Source of the DNA: Thermoanaerobaculia bacterium
Lineage (GTDB): Bacteria > Acidobacteriota > Thermoanaerobaculia > Multivoradales > JAHEKO01
Reading direction: 5' to 3'
Length of the DNA stretch: 64,000 nucleotides
Assembly (NCBI GenBank): GCA_945787575.1
Contig: CALZKB010000045.1
Span: forward strand, 1,896-65,895
The notes beneath the pieces are model-generated. The model worked only from the letters and a program-made list of their open reading frames with translations, made no database searches and had not been told where the DNA came from. Made by a program: the position numbers and the translations under genes. Of the stretch, positions 8,891-18,234 are shown piece by piece; the first letter of the stretch is position 1, and every line of letters begins with the position of its first letter.

Positions 8891-10159
8891 CTATGCCGAC
8901 TCGGCGAGAAGCTCCTGTATCAACCCCTCGAGCTCCGCTACGAGATCGTCGTAGTGCCTGCCGGTGCCCGGTCCGCTGAACCCTGAGTGAATGCGGCGGA
9001 CCTTCCCGTCGCGGCCGATGAAGATGCTCGTCGGGAAGGCGATCACTGCGGTGAGGTCGGGGAGGGTGCTGGCGGCCTGTCGCTTGTCGCTGGTGCCCGC
9101 CAGCAGGAGCGGAAACTCGACGCCGTGGCGCTCGGCGAACTTGCCGACGTAACGCCGGTCTCGTTCCCGGTCTCCGCTGTACTCGTAGGCCAGTCCGACG
9201 ATCTCGAGTCCTCGGTCCCGGTAATCGCGGTACCACTGGGCCAGCAGAGGCGCCTTGTCGTTGCAGTTCGGGCACCAACTACCGAAGATGTTGACGAGCA
9301 CCACTTTGCCGTCGAAGCGCGGGTCGGCGCTCGACAGGGTCTGGCTGGCGAGGTCGTCGAACTCGAAGTGGAAGCGGCCCTCGTCGTTGGTCAGACCGGC
9401 GAGACTCCAGGCGTCGGGGAGGATCGCTTCCCCATCGGTTACCCGCTCGGCGGTCCAGGTCGCGTGGTAGGAGTCCCGAGACCAGAAATCTCCCCGCAGC
9501 GAGCCGTCCTCTTCCACCCTGGCCCGGAAGAGAAAAGCGTGCGCGCCGTCGAAGGTCGACAGCCGGAGCAGGCCCCCCCCATAGTTGCCTTCGAGGAAGC
9601 GGTAGTCGCCGGTCGGCGTGAGAAAGGTCCCCGAAACGCGCGAGCCGTCCTGGCGGAACTCGCCGCGAGCGGCCTCGCTACCGGAATCGTCGAGGAACTC
9701 CACTCGCCAGACGCCGCTCACGTCGCTCAACGCTGCTCCCGGGCGCTCTTCAGCCACCGTTCGGAACCTTTCGCCGGCGCCCTTTTCGGCGGTGAAGTCG
9801 AGCTGGGAGACTCCTCCCGCCGCGGCCGTCTTGATCCACCGTCCCGACATGCGGCCTTCGCCGGCGATCCGTGCCTCGATTCGCGAGTCATACCAGTCGA
9901 ACGCGACGGTCACCAAGTCCCCGTCGACGGTCACCCCGCTCGTGGCCGCGCGCTCCTCGCCGTTGACGATGACGGCCGACCAATCCTCGCCCTCGCCGGC
10001 GATGTCGAGGCCGAACGGCAGCTCACCCCCAGGGGATAGGAGGACGGCTCGCCACGACCCTTCGAGGTCGGGCCCCGTGACGACTCCGCTCTCCGGTGGA
10101 CCGGAGCAGGAGAGAAGGAAAGAGAGGCAGCAGGCCGCGGCGATGCGTTCGGTTCCCAT
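8891..10159 (-). CDS. TlpA-like thiol-disulfide oxidoreductase (thioredoxin fold) with N-terminal lipoprotein domain
   Basis: CxxC motif in NIFGSWCPNCNDKAP. Likely start is MGTERIAAACCLSFLLSCSG (cat at 10157..10159). Confidence 0.65.
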   Translation of the reverse strand: MGTERIAAACCLSFLLSCSGPPESGVVTGPDLEGSWRAVLLSPGGELPFGLDIAGEGEDWSAVIVNGEERAATSGVTVDGDLVTVAFDWYDSRIEARIAGEGRMSGRWIKTAAAGGVSQLDFTAEKGAGERFRTVAEERPGAALSDVSGVWRVEFLDDSGSEAARGEFRQDGSRVSGTFLTPTGDYRFLEGNYGGGLLRLSTFDGAHAFLFRARVEEDGSLRGDFWSRDSYHATWTAERVTDGEAILPDAWSLAGLTNDEGRFHFEFDDLASQTLSSADPRFDGKVVLVNIFGSWCPNCNDKAPLLAQWYRDYRDRGLEIVGLAYEYSGDRERDRRYVGKFAERHGVEFPLLLAGTSDKRQAASTLPDLTAVIAFPTSIFIGRDGKVRRIHSGFSGPGTGRHYDDLVAELEGLIQELLAESA

Positions 10160-10223
10160 CGGGTGATTGTACCGAGGCTCGGGTGTCGGGTTAGGATGCC
10201 GTTGGCAGACCGCCGCGCGCCCC

Positions 10224-10778
10224 ATGTCCATTCTCGAGAAACTCTTCGCCGCGCCCGCCCAAGTCTCGTCCGGGACGTCCGCCGATACCGAATCCGTGCG
10301 GAAGATAGTCTCTCGTCTCGAGAAGCTCGACCCCGAGAGGGCACGCCACGTCGCGGCCTTCGCTTACATCCTCGGTCGCGTCGCCCACGCCGACCTCGAT
10401 ATCTCGGAAGAAGAGTCCCGTTCGATGGAACGGCTGGTGGCCGATCATGGCGGTCTTCCCGAAGACCAGGCGCTGTTGGTCGTCGAGATCGCGAAGAGCC
10501 AGAACCGGCTTTTCGGGGGTACCGAGAACTTCCTCGTGACGAGGGAGTTCCGCGATATCGCGGATGATCAACAGAAGCTGGCTCTTCTCGAGTGCCTCTT
10601 CGCGGTCGCGGCGGCCGATGACTCGATCTCGACGGCGGAAGAAGAACAGGTGCGGCAGGTGGCGAACGAGCTGGGCCTCGCCCATCGCGACTACATCGAG
10701 GTGCGCTCTCGATATTCGGCGCAGCGAGAGGTCATGAGGGGCTTCTTCCGGGACGGCCCGTCGAGCGGTGAGGAGTGA
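10224..10778 (+). CDS. TerB-like (tellurite-resistance / DjlA N-terminal-like) protein
   Basis: 184 aa, all-alpha, acidic. Pattern LGRVAHADLDISEEE...LFAVAAADDSISTAEEE is typical of TerB-family proteins. Confidence 0.45.
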   Translation: MSILEKLFAAPAQVSSGTSADTESVRKIVSRLEKLDPERARHVAAFAYILGRVAHADLDISEEESRSMERLVADHGGLPEDQALLVVEIAKSQNRLFGGTENFLVTREFRDIADDQQKLALLECLFAVAAADDSISTAEEEQVRQVANELGLAHRDYIEVRSRYSAQREVMRGFFRDGPSSGEE

Positions 10779-12168
10779 GTTGAGAGAGCTCGGTCGCGAA
10801 AAGTCGACCCCCAAACGTAGCTTGCGGCTGCTCGTCCTCGTCGCAGTGGCTGCGGCGGCCCTGGTGTCTCTGCGGACCGGCGGCAGGCCGGAGGTGGAGC
10901 TCCAGGCTGATCTGCCGGGCATCGGTCCTCGCACGATGGTGACGGCGGTGGCTCGAGAGCCTCGCCGCGGCTTGACCAGGCTCGAGGTCGAGCTTGTCCA
11001 AGACGGCTCGTCGAAGATGCTCGAGCGACGGGAATACGTCCCACGCCCTGCCTGGAAGCTGTGGGGGCCGCGCACCAGCGAGACCACCCTGGAGATTCCC
11101 GTCGGGACGAGCGTCACCGAAGGGCTCGAGCGGGGGGTAGCGACGGTTCGAGTGTCGGCCTGGCGCGCCGGAACCTGGCTGCGACCGCCCGAAGCGGAGG
11201 TGCGCGAGATCGAGCTTCCCGTTCGCCTGAAGCCACCGAGCCTGAGTGTCCTCTCGAGTCAGCACTATCCGACTCAGGGTGGAGCCGAAGCCGTGGTCTA
11301 CCGGCTCGGCGAAGGGGTGACCCGCCACGGAGTCTCGGCCGGCGACGCCTTCTTTCCGGGCTTCGCCCTGCCCGGAGGCCAGCCGGGCGAGTCGTTCGCG
11401 TTGTTTGCGGTTCCGTACGATCTGCCGGCCGACGCTCGGGTCCGGCTGGTGGCGGTCGACGACGTGGGGAATCGGACCGAGCGGACCTTCGTCGATCGCC
11501 TACGGCCGCGCATTCCCACCCACGACGTCATCGACGTCTCCGACGAGTTCATCGAGCGAATCGCCCCCGAGATCGAGTCCCGGACCCCGTCGCTCGCCGC
11601 CACCGGCTCCTTGGTCGATCGCTATTTGGCGATCAACCGGGAGCTGCGGGCCGAGAATCGGCGCGAGATCGCCGAACTGGCCCAGGGGAGCATCGAGAGT
11701 TTCGTCTGGCGCGGCGTCTTCATGCCGATGCCCAACGCACAGGTGATGGCGCGCTTCGGTGACCGGCGGACCTACCGCTACGAAGGGCGCGAGGTGGACC
11801 GCCAGGATCACCTCGGATTCGACCTGGCCTCGGTCCAGCGTGCCGAGGTGCCGGCGGGTAACGGTGGGGTTGTCGTGGCGGCGCGCTTTCTCGGAATCTA
11901 CGGCAACGCCGTGATCCTGGACCATGGATACGGCTTGATGAGCCTCTATGGGCACCTCTCGACTATCGAGGTCGCGGAAGGCGAGTCGGTGATTCGCGGG
12001 CAGACGATCGGCCGCACCGGTGCCACCGGTCTCGCCGGTGGCGATCACCTCCACTTCGGGATCTTCCTCCACGGCATCGCGATCGATCCGGTCGAATGGC
12101 TCGATCTGGGCTGGATCGAGAACCGGGTCGCAGCCAAGCTCGGACACACCCTCGAGGCCGGTCCTTGA
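10768..12168 (+). CDS. M23 family metallopeptidase (LytM-like)
   Basis: C-terminal DHGYGLMSLYGHL and GDHLHFGI motifs (HxH zinc site). GTG at 10768 overlaps the TerB end; an alternative TTG at 10780 sits behind AGGAG. Confidence 0.7.
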   Translation: MRSELRELGREKSTPKRSLRLLVLVAVAAAALVSLRTGGRPEVELQADLPGIGPRTMVTAVAREPRRGLTRLEVELVQDGSSKMLERREYVPRPAWKLWGPRTSETTLEIPVGTSVTEGLERGVATVRVSAWRAGTWLRPPEAEVREIELPVRLKPPSLSVLSSQHYPTQGGAEAVVYRLGEGVTRHGVSAGDAFFPGFALPGGQPGESFALFAVPYDLPADARVRLVAVDDVGNRTERTFVDRLRPRIPTHDVIDVSDEFIERIAPEIESRTPSLAATGSLVDRYLAINRELRAENRREIAELAQGSIESFVWRGVFMPMPNAQVMARFGDRRTYRYEGREVDRQDHLGFDLASVQRAEVPAGNGGVVVAARFLGIYGNAVILDHGYGLMSLYGHLSTIEVAEGESVIRGQTIGRTGATGLAGGDHLHFGIFLHGIAIDPVEWLDLGWIENRVAAKLGHTLEAGP

Positions 12169-14063
12169 GGACCCTGCCGTTCTTCTGGCGCTACGGCCGC
12201 CGCTACAGCGGCTGGGGCCTCGTCGCCCTCGTCTCGGTCGTGACCTACGCCCTGGCCTCGGGAGCGATGGTGGCCCTCGTGGAACCGATCTTCGGCGAGG
12301 TCCTGATGACCGATCAACGCCCCGCCGCGCTCGACGGGACGACGCCTTCGTCGATCGAAGCCTCGATGGACCCCGCAGCGAGCGCCTCCAGGGCGGAGGG
12401 GGACGGGTTTCTCGCCCGCATCAAGGCGCTCTTCGATCTTCGCTCGGTTCTTCAGGACGGCTATCGAAGCCTGAAGGGGCGGCTCGGCATCAACGAGTCC
12501 AACGTCGTCTACCTGGTGCCGTTGTTGATGGTGATGGTGCTCTTGCTGCGCAGCCTGGCGAGCTTTCTGTCCGGCTACTCGTTTCAGCACATCGGCCTCG
12601 GGGCGACTACCGACATGCGCAATGACCTGTTCCGTCGGGTAGTCGATCAGTCGACGCGTTTCCACGAGACGCACAAGTCGGGCGAGATCGTGAGTCGTGT
12701 CGTCAACGACGTCACGGTGATGCAGAATGCGGTCACGAGCCGTCTCCTCGATCTCTTCCAGCAGACGCCGACGCTGATCGTCCTCGTCGTCGTTCTGCTC
12801 AACATCCACTTCAAGCTGGCGGTCATCTGTCTGGTCGCGACACCGATCTTCATCTACCCCATCGCGCGTTTCGGCAAGGGGATGTGGAAGACGAGCCACC
12901 GCAGCCAAGAGCGGATGGCTGACCTCACGCAGCTTCTATCGGAGGCGACGCGCGGCCATCGGGTGGTGAAGGCGTTCGGCATGGAGGATTTCGAACACCG
13001 ACGTTTCCAGGAATCGACGCAGCGTCATCTGCGAGTCAAGCTGCGCTCCCAGATCCTCACCTACGTTTCCGGCCCGGTGGTCGAGTCGTTGGCAGCCGTC
13101 GGTGCGGCGGCGTTTCTCATCTACGCCGGCAAGGCGGTGCGCGCGGAACAGCTGACCGCTTCGGTGCTCGTGTCCTTCTTGACCGCATTGATGATGCTGT
13201 ACGACCCGATTCGCAAGCTCAACAAGGTCAATCTCATCCTGCAAGAGGCGCGGGCGGCGGCGCAACGTGTCGCCGGGATCCTTAGCGTGCCGAACGAGAT
13301 CCGGGACCGTGAGGGAGCCCAGACGATCGACGGCTTCCGAACCTCCGTGCAGTTTGATCGCGTCTCCTTCAGCTACGGCGATGCCGAGGTGCTCAAAGAG
13401 GTCACTCTGGAGATTCCCCGTGGTGAAGTGGTGGCGGTGGTCGGCCCGTCCGGCGCCGGCAAGTCGACCTTGATCAATCTGCTGCCGCGCTTCTACGATC
13501 CGGAGGCTGGACGTCTGACCATCGACGGGCTCGACACTCGCGACGCGACGCTCGAGAGCCTCCGACAGCAGATCGGGATCGTCACCCAGGAGACGGTGCT
13601 CTTCGATGACACCGTCCGCAACAACATCGCCTACGGACGGTCGGACCTGTCACTCGAGAACGTGCGCGAGGCCGCCGCCGCCGCTTACGCCGACGAGTTC
13701 ATCATGGAGCTGCCGGCCGGCTACGACACGAGAATCGGCGAGGCGGGCTCGAAGCTGTCGGGCGGCCAGCGGCAACGCCTGGCGATCGCCCGAGCGCTGC
13801 TGAAGAACGCGCCGATTCTGATTCTCGACGAAGCGACCTCGCATCTCGACAGCGAATCGGAGGCTCTCGTCCAGAAGGCGCTCTACAATCTGATGCGTGG
13901 CCGCACCGCGCTCGTCATCGCTCATCGATTGTCGACGGTCAAGTCGGCGGATCGGATCGTGGTGATGGAGGGCGGCCGGATCACCCAAGTGGGTACCCAC
14001 GCAGACCTGCTGAGCCGGGGCGGCACCTACAAACGGCTCTACGACCTCCAATTCCAGGCCTGA
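12165..14063 (+). CDS. ABC transporter permease/ATP-binding protein (MsbA-like exporter)
   Basis: Six-TM N-terminal domain, then Walker A GPSGAGKST, signature LSGGQRQR and Walker B ILILDEATS. TTG start overlaps the M23 stop; start uncertain. Confidence 0.8.
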   Translation: MRTLPFFWRYGRRYSGWGLVALVSVVTYALASGAMVALVEPIFGEVLMTDQRPAALDGTTPSSIEASMDPAASASRAEGDGFLARIKALFDLRSVLQDGYRSLKGRLGINESNVVYLVPLLMVMVLLLRSLASFLSGYSFQHIGLGATTDMRNDLFRRVVDQSTRFHETHKSGEIVSRVVNDVTVMQNAVTSRLLDLFQQTPTLIVLVVVLLNIHFKLAVICLVATPIFIYPIARFGKGMWKTSHRSQERMADLTQLLSEATRGHRVVKAFGMEDFEHRRFQESTQRHLRVKLRSQILTYVSGPVVESLAAVGAAAFLIYAGKAVRAEQLTASVLVSFLTALMMLYDPIRKLNKVNLILQEARAAAQRVAGILSVPNEIRDREGAQTIDGFRTSVQFDRVSFSYGDAEVLKEVTLEIPRGEVVAVVGPSGAGKSTLINLLPRFYDPEAGRLTIDGLDTRDATLESLRQQIGIVTQETVLFDDTVRNNIAYGRSDLSLENVREAAAAAYADEFIMELPAGYDTRIGEAGSKLSGGQRQRLAIARALLKNAPILILDEATSHLDSESEALVQKALYNLMRGRTALVIAHRLSTVKSADRIVVMEGGRITQVGTHADLLSRGGTYKRLYDLQFQA

Positions 14064-14385
14064 AAGTCCTCGACAGAGCTGTAACGAAACGACGGGTGGT
14101 GCGCCTGCAACACCGAGAGGCGTCCGACCTTGCTCGGGTCTTGTGGGCGACCGCTGGACGAGAGCAGCATCGGCCTCACGGGCTGGGAAGCAGTTGCGGT
14201 GCGTGACCGCACGTTACTCCCGCGGGGTTCTTCGGGCCACTCTCCCCAAGGAGTGCCGAGACGGCTTTCCGGCCCTTCTTCTACTTCGCCGATCTCGTCG
14301 GCCGGCGCAGACGCCACGGCTGTTGCGCCGACACCCTGTGGCCGGACCCTTATCGACACCGACCGGGGGCACAGGTTCCCGGGCG

Positions 14386-14877
14386 TCAGTTTTTCAGCCG
14401 ATCGTAGATGAAGAAAGTGTGCCCGAGGCGATTCGCCGCGTCGACCTTGCCCGGCTCTCTTGACGCGATCGTCCAGGCGCTGGGATCCCACTCGGGGAAC
14501 TTCACATCGCCGTCGACCTCGTCGTGAATCTCGGTCCAGTAGATTCGATCGGCGGTCGGCAGCGCACGCGCGTAGAGGGTCGCGCCGCCCGCCACGAATG
14601 CCTCGTCGTCGCCCGCGGCGCGGGCAAGGTCGAGAGCGCGATCGAGCGAGCGGGCGACGGCGACGCCGTCCGGCAGCTCGGGACGGGAACGCGACACGAC
14701 GACCATCCGTCGCCCCGGCAACGGTCGGGCGATCGACATCCACGTCCTGCGGCCGACGATCAGATGATGTCCCATCGTCAGTCTCTTGAACCGCGCGAGA
14801 TCGGCAGGTAGGTGCCAGGGGAGCTCGTTGCCCCGACCGATGACCCCGTTCGACGAGACGGCGACGATCAGCGACAC
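14386..14877 (-). CDS. folA: dihydrofolate reductase
   Basis: MSLIVAVSSNGVIGRGNELPWHLPADLARFKRLTMGHHLIVGRRTW is a canonical DHFR N-terminus. Sits 2 nt downstream of thyA. Confidence 0.9.
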   Translation of the reverse strand: MSLIVAVSSNGVIGRGNELPWHLPADLARFKRLTMGHHLIVGRRTWMSIARPLPGRRMVVVSRSRPELPDGVAVARSLDRALDLARAAGDDEAFVAGGATLYARALPTADRIYWTEIHDEVDGDVKFPEWDPSAWTIASREPGKVDAANRLGHTFFIYDRLKN

Positions 14878-14879
14878 CC

Positions 14880-15674
14880 TCAGACCGACACCTCGGCCTT
14901 GATGTGAGGGTGGGGGTCGTATCCCTCGAGCACGAAATGCTCGTAGCGGAAGTCGAAGATCGATCGGACTGTCGGTTCGATCGTCATCTTGGGCAGCGCG
15001 CGAGTTTTGCGCGAGAGCTGTTCGTGCGCCTGATCGAGATGATTCCGATACAGGTGGGCATCACCGAGGGTGTGTACGAAATCTGCCGGTTCGAGATCGC
15101 AGACCTGCGCGACCATCAGGGTCAGAAGCGCATACGAGGCGATGTTGAAGGGAACGCCCAGAAACACGTCGGCGCTTCGCTGATAGAGCTGGCAAGAGAG
15201 GCGGCCGTCGGCTACGTAGAACTGGAAGAGAGTGTGGCAAGGCGGAAGCGCCATGCCGTCGAGCTCGGCTACGTTCCAGGCGCTGACGATGTGGCGCCTC
15301 GAATCCGGATCGGTCCGGATCTGCTCGATCAGGTGAGTGATCTGATCGTGGGAGCGGCCGTTCGGTCCCGGCCACGATCGCCACTGATGGCCGTAGATCG
15401 GGCCGAGATCGCCATTCTCGTCAGCCCACTCATCCCAGATATGGACCTTGTGCTCACGGAGGTAGGCGATGTTCGTGTCGCCGGTGAGGAACCAGAGGAG
15501 CTCGTAGATGATCGACCGGAGGTGGAGCTTCTTGGTGGTGAGCAGGGGAAAGCCGGCGCCGAGATCGAAGCGCAACTGGTGCCCGAAGACGGAGAGGGTC
15601 CCGGTGCCGGTGCGGTCCTCCTTGACCGTGCCGCGGTCGAGGATGTGCCGCAAGAGGTCGAGATAGGCTCTCAC
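14880..15674 (-). CDS. thyA: thymidylate synthase (ThyA type)
   Basis: [23 protein letters not shown] and [24 protein letters not shown] are near-identical to E. coli ThyA blocks. Confidence 0.95.
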   Translation of the reverse strand: MRAYLDLLRHILDRGTVKEDRTGTGTLSVFGHQLRFDLGAGFPLLTTKKLHLRSIIYELLWFLTGDTNIAYLREHKVHIWDEWADENGDLGPIYGHQWRSWPGPNGRSHDQITHLIEQIRTDPDSRRHIVSAWNVAELDGMALPPCHTLFQFYVADGRLSCQLYQRSADVFLGVPFNIASYALLTLMVAQVCDLEPADFVHTLGDAHLYRNHLDQAHEQLSRKTRALPKMTIEPTVRSIFDFRYEHFVLEGYDPHPHIKAEVSV

Positions 15675-15877
15675 GGTCGGCCGTCTCCACTCATCGACGA
15701 CGACCCTACCACCGGTTCCCGAGTCCGTGAGGCGCGTCGGTGGCGCCCGCCGGGTCGTCGTTGAAATCGCACCAGTTTGCTCCCCTTTCGCGCCGCTCAG
15801 TAGACTCTCTCGACCCGACGCCTTCGTGGGGGGCTCCTCGCGAAGCTCGGACCATTACGATCAACGGGAGAATTGCG

Positions 15878-16195
15878 ATGTCATACGTAATTGGAGAAGC
15901 CTGCCTCGGGGAGCGGTACGCGGATTGCGTCGAGGTCTGTCCAGTCGATTGCATCTATCCGGGCGAGTACAAGGGTGAGGAGTTCATGGTCATCGACCCC
16001 GACCTCTGCATCGACTGCTCGCTGTGCAAGCCTGCCTGTCCGATCGACGCGATCTTCGAGACCGAAGAGGAGGCTCCGGACTGGGCGGAGGTCAACGCCG
16101 AGCTCGCGCCTCAATGGGCCGACAACGAGCCGGTCGAAGTGCGGCCGCGGGACGATCCACCTCGCAAGCCCCACAACAAGATCGTCAATCCCTAG
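15878..16195 (+). CDS. 7Fe ferredoxin (3Fe-4S + 4Fe-4S, FdxA-like)
   Basis: MSYVIGEACLGERYADCVEVCPVDCI...CIDCSLCKPACP, two Cys clusters. GGAGAA RBS. Confidence 0.8.
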   Translation: MSYVIGEACLGERYADCVEVCPVDCIYPGEYKGEEFMVIDPDLCIDCSLCKPACPIDAIFETEEEAPDWAEVNAELAPQWADNEPVEVRPRDDPPRKPHNKIVNP

Positions 16196-16244
16196 TGTCG
16201 GGGGAGAGCTCCGAGGCGGATCGACTCGAACCGAGAACAATTGG

Positions 16245-16281
16245 CCGTCGGCGCGCCTGCGCCGGCGGTTCTTTTCTTTCC
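16245..16281 (+). terminator. rho-independent terminator after ferredoxin
   Basis: 10-bp GC stem ccgtcggcgc/gcgccggcgg (one G-U pair), loop gcct, followed by ttcttttctttcc. Confidence 0.6.
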
Positions 16282-16293
16282 GGGAGAACAAGA

Positions 16294-16781
16294 TGAGCGA
16301 CGAGCCGAACAGCGAGAAGCAGAGCAGCGCGATCGAGGTCTACTCGGCCGAGCAGGACGCCGTGGTGAGCGTGGAGCGTGACGAGCGGCTCGACGAGGAG
16401 TGGCGCCAGGCTCTCAGCGACGAGGAGTACCACGTGCTCCGCAAGAAGGGGACCGAACGAGCGTTCACCGGTCGCTACTGGGACAACAAAGAGCCGGGTC
16501 TCTATCGCTGCGCCGGCTGCGGCACCGACCTCTTCCGATCGGAATCCAAGTTCGACTCCGGCACCGGCTGGCCGAGCTTCTACGAGACGATCTCCCACGA
16601 GAACGTCGAGACCGAGGAGGACAGGAGCCTCTTCATGCGCCGTACCGAAGTCGTCTGCAAGCGCTGCAAAGGTCATCTCGGCCACGTCTTCCCGGACGGA
16701 CCTCAGCCGACCGGCCAGCGCTATTGCATGAACGGCACGGCACTGAGGTTCGCCGCGGACTCGGCCTCCGCCGACGAGTGA
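16294..16781 (+). CDS. msrB: peptide-methionine (R)-S-oxide reductase
   Basis: CAGCGTDLF...GWPSF...CKRCKGHLGHVFPDGPQPTGQRYCMNG is the MsrB zinc and catalytic Cys pattern. Confidence 0.9.
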
Positions 16782-16789
16782 CGGCCCGA

Positions 16790-17383
16790 TCAGCCGGTGC
16801 CGACGGGCACCCGCAGCTCGGTCGTAATCCAGCGCATCACCAGCCCAGTGACGTCCCCTTCGGTCTCGAATGAGATGGTGAACTGATCGACCTTGTCCTC
16901 CTCGGGAAGGGTCGTCGGTACGACCTCGACATCGATGACGTTGTTCTCCGCGAAGTAGGCGTTCTCGAATTCGCCGGTCTCGGGATTGCGAGCAAAGAGC
17001 CCGTTGAGGCCGAGCTTCGAATTGAAGTGCAGCGTCCAGCTTTCGGGTCCAGGCGTGGAGAACAGCGAGTAGGTGCCGGCCGGAAGGGTCTTGCCGCCGA
17101 CCGTGATGTCGCCGGTGGCGGTGATCTGGCTCGCCTCGTTGGCGCCGGTGCGCCACACCTTGCCGTAGGGGACGAGCGCTCCGTCCTCCTCGTTGCCGAA
17201 GATCACCTCTCGGCCCCTCTCGTAGGGGCGGCTGTAGCTGATGCTGACGTAGGTGTCTCCGATGTGGGTGCGAGCGAGCCCAGTCGGACTTGGGCGGCGG
17301 GAAGGATGGAGGTCTTGGGCGAGGGTCGGCGCCGCGAGGGCGAGGCAGACAACGAACAAGACGGACAGTCGATACGGGGTCAT
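16790..17383 (-). CDS. DUF2911 domain-containing secreted protein
   Basis: Start MTPYRLSVLFVVCLALAAPTLAQ with AGGAGGAG RBS. Body matches my memory of DUF2911 (VWRTGANEAS...). Confidence 0.45.
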   Translation of the reverse strand: MTPYRLSVLFVVCLALAAPTLAQDLHPSRRPSPTGLARTHIGDTYVSISYSRPYERGREVIFGNEEDGALVPYGKVWRTGANEASQITATGDITVGGKTLPAGTYSLFSTPGPESWTLHFNSKLGLNGLFARNPETGEFENAYFAENNVIDVEVVPTTLPEEDKVDQFTISFETEGDVTGLVMRWITTELRVPVGTG

Positions 17384-17452
17384 GGGAGCTCCTCCTGGTT
17401 TAGATTGGCTCCGCATCCTAACCGATACCGCGAGCGGCTATGATGGACCGGC

Positions 17453-18190
17453 ATGAGTCGACGGAAGATCGCGGTCGTTACCGGCGCGAGTGCCGGCATC
17501 GGGGCGGCCACGGCCCGAGCGCTGTACGCCGCCGGTTTCGAGGTCGTCATCGGCGCCCGACGCCTGGATCGGCTGCGTGATCTGGCGGCGGAGATCGACG
17601 CCACGGCCTGCGAGCTCGACGTCACCGAAGACGAGAGCGTCGCGCGGTTCGCGGCCGCCTTCGAGCGGGTCGACCTGCTGGTCAACAACGCGGGGTTCAG
17701 TCTCGGTCTCGCGCCTGTTGTCGAGAGCGACCCCGCGGAATGGGCCGCCATGCACGACACCAACGTGGTCGGCGTCGTGCGGCTGATTCGCGCGCTCCTG
17801 CCGAGGCTGCTCGAATCCGGCGACGGGCATGTGATCAACGTCGGGTCGATCGCCGGCTTCGAGGTCTACCCCGGTGGTGGCGGCTACGCGGGGTCGAAAC
17901 ACGCCCTCCGGGCGCTGACCAGGACGCTTCGGCTGGAGCTGCTGGGGCAACCGGTGAGAGTGACCGAGGTCTGCCCGGGGATGACGGAGACGGAGTTCTC
18001 GCTGGTGCGCTTCGCCGGTGACGAGGCGCGAGCCGCGGCCGTATACGGGGGGATGACGCCGCTGGCGGCGGACGATGTCGCGGAGTGCATTTCGTGGGCT
18101 GCGACTCGGCCTCCTCACGTCAACATCGACGAGATCGTCGTCCGGCCGAGGGACCAGGCCGCGGCCCACGCCGTACATCGAGACGGCTGA
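17453..18190 (+). CDS. SDR family NAD(P)-dependent oxidoreductase (YdfG-like)
   Basis: TGASAGIG glycine motif, NNAG, catalytic YAGSK. Confidence 0.85.
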   Translation: MSRRKIAVVTGASAGIGAATARALYAAGFEVVIGARRLDRLRDLAAEIDATACELDVTEDESVARFAAAFERVDLLVNNAGFSLGLAPVVESDPAEWAAMHDTNVVGVVRLIRALLPRLLESGDGHVINVGSIAGFEVYPGGGGYAGSKHALRALTRTLRLELLGQPVRVTEVCPGMTETEFSLVRFAGDEARAAAVYGGMTPLAADDVAECISWAATRPPHVNIDEIVVRPRDQAAAHAVHRDG

Positions 18191-18234
18191 GCCCGGTTCC
18201 GATTCGACGCACTGATGGGTCCAAAGAAGTGGGG

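Noticed and set aside
12045-12908. 287-aa ORF on - strand
   Set aside because: Antisense to the ABC transporter TM domain; His/Asp/Arg-rich junk translation.
14064-14385. RNase P RNA / SRP RNA / 6S RNA in the long convergent spacer
   Set aside because: Conserved boxes (GGAAAGTCCGG, ACAGAACCCGGCTTA for RNase P; CCGGAAGGAAGCAGC for SRP) are not present beyond a partial GGAAGCAG.
15760-15830. Sigma-70-like promoter (TTGCTC-N18-TAGACT) upstream of the ferredoxin gene
   Set aside because: Spacer length and -35 match are marginal; high-GC organisms often deviate from the E. coli consensus, so not annotated.
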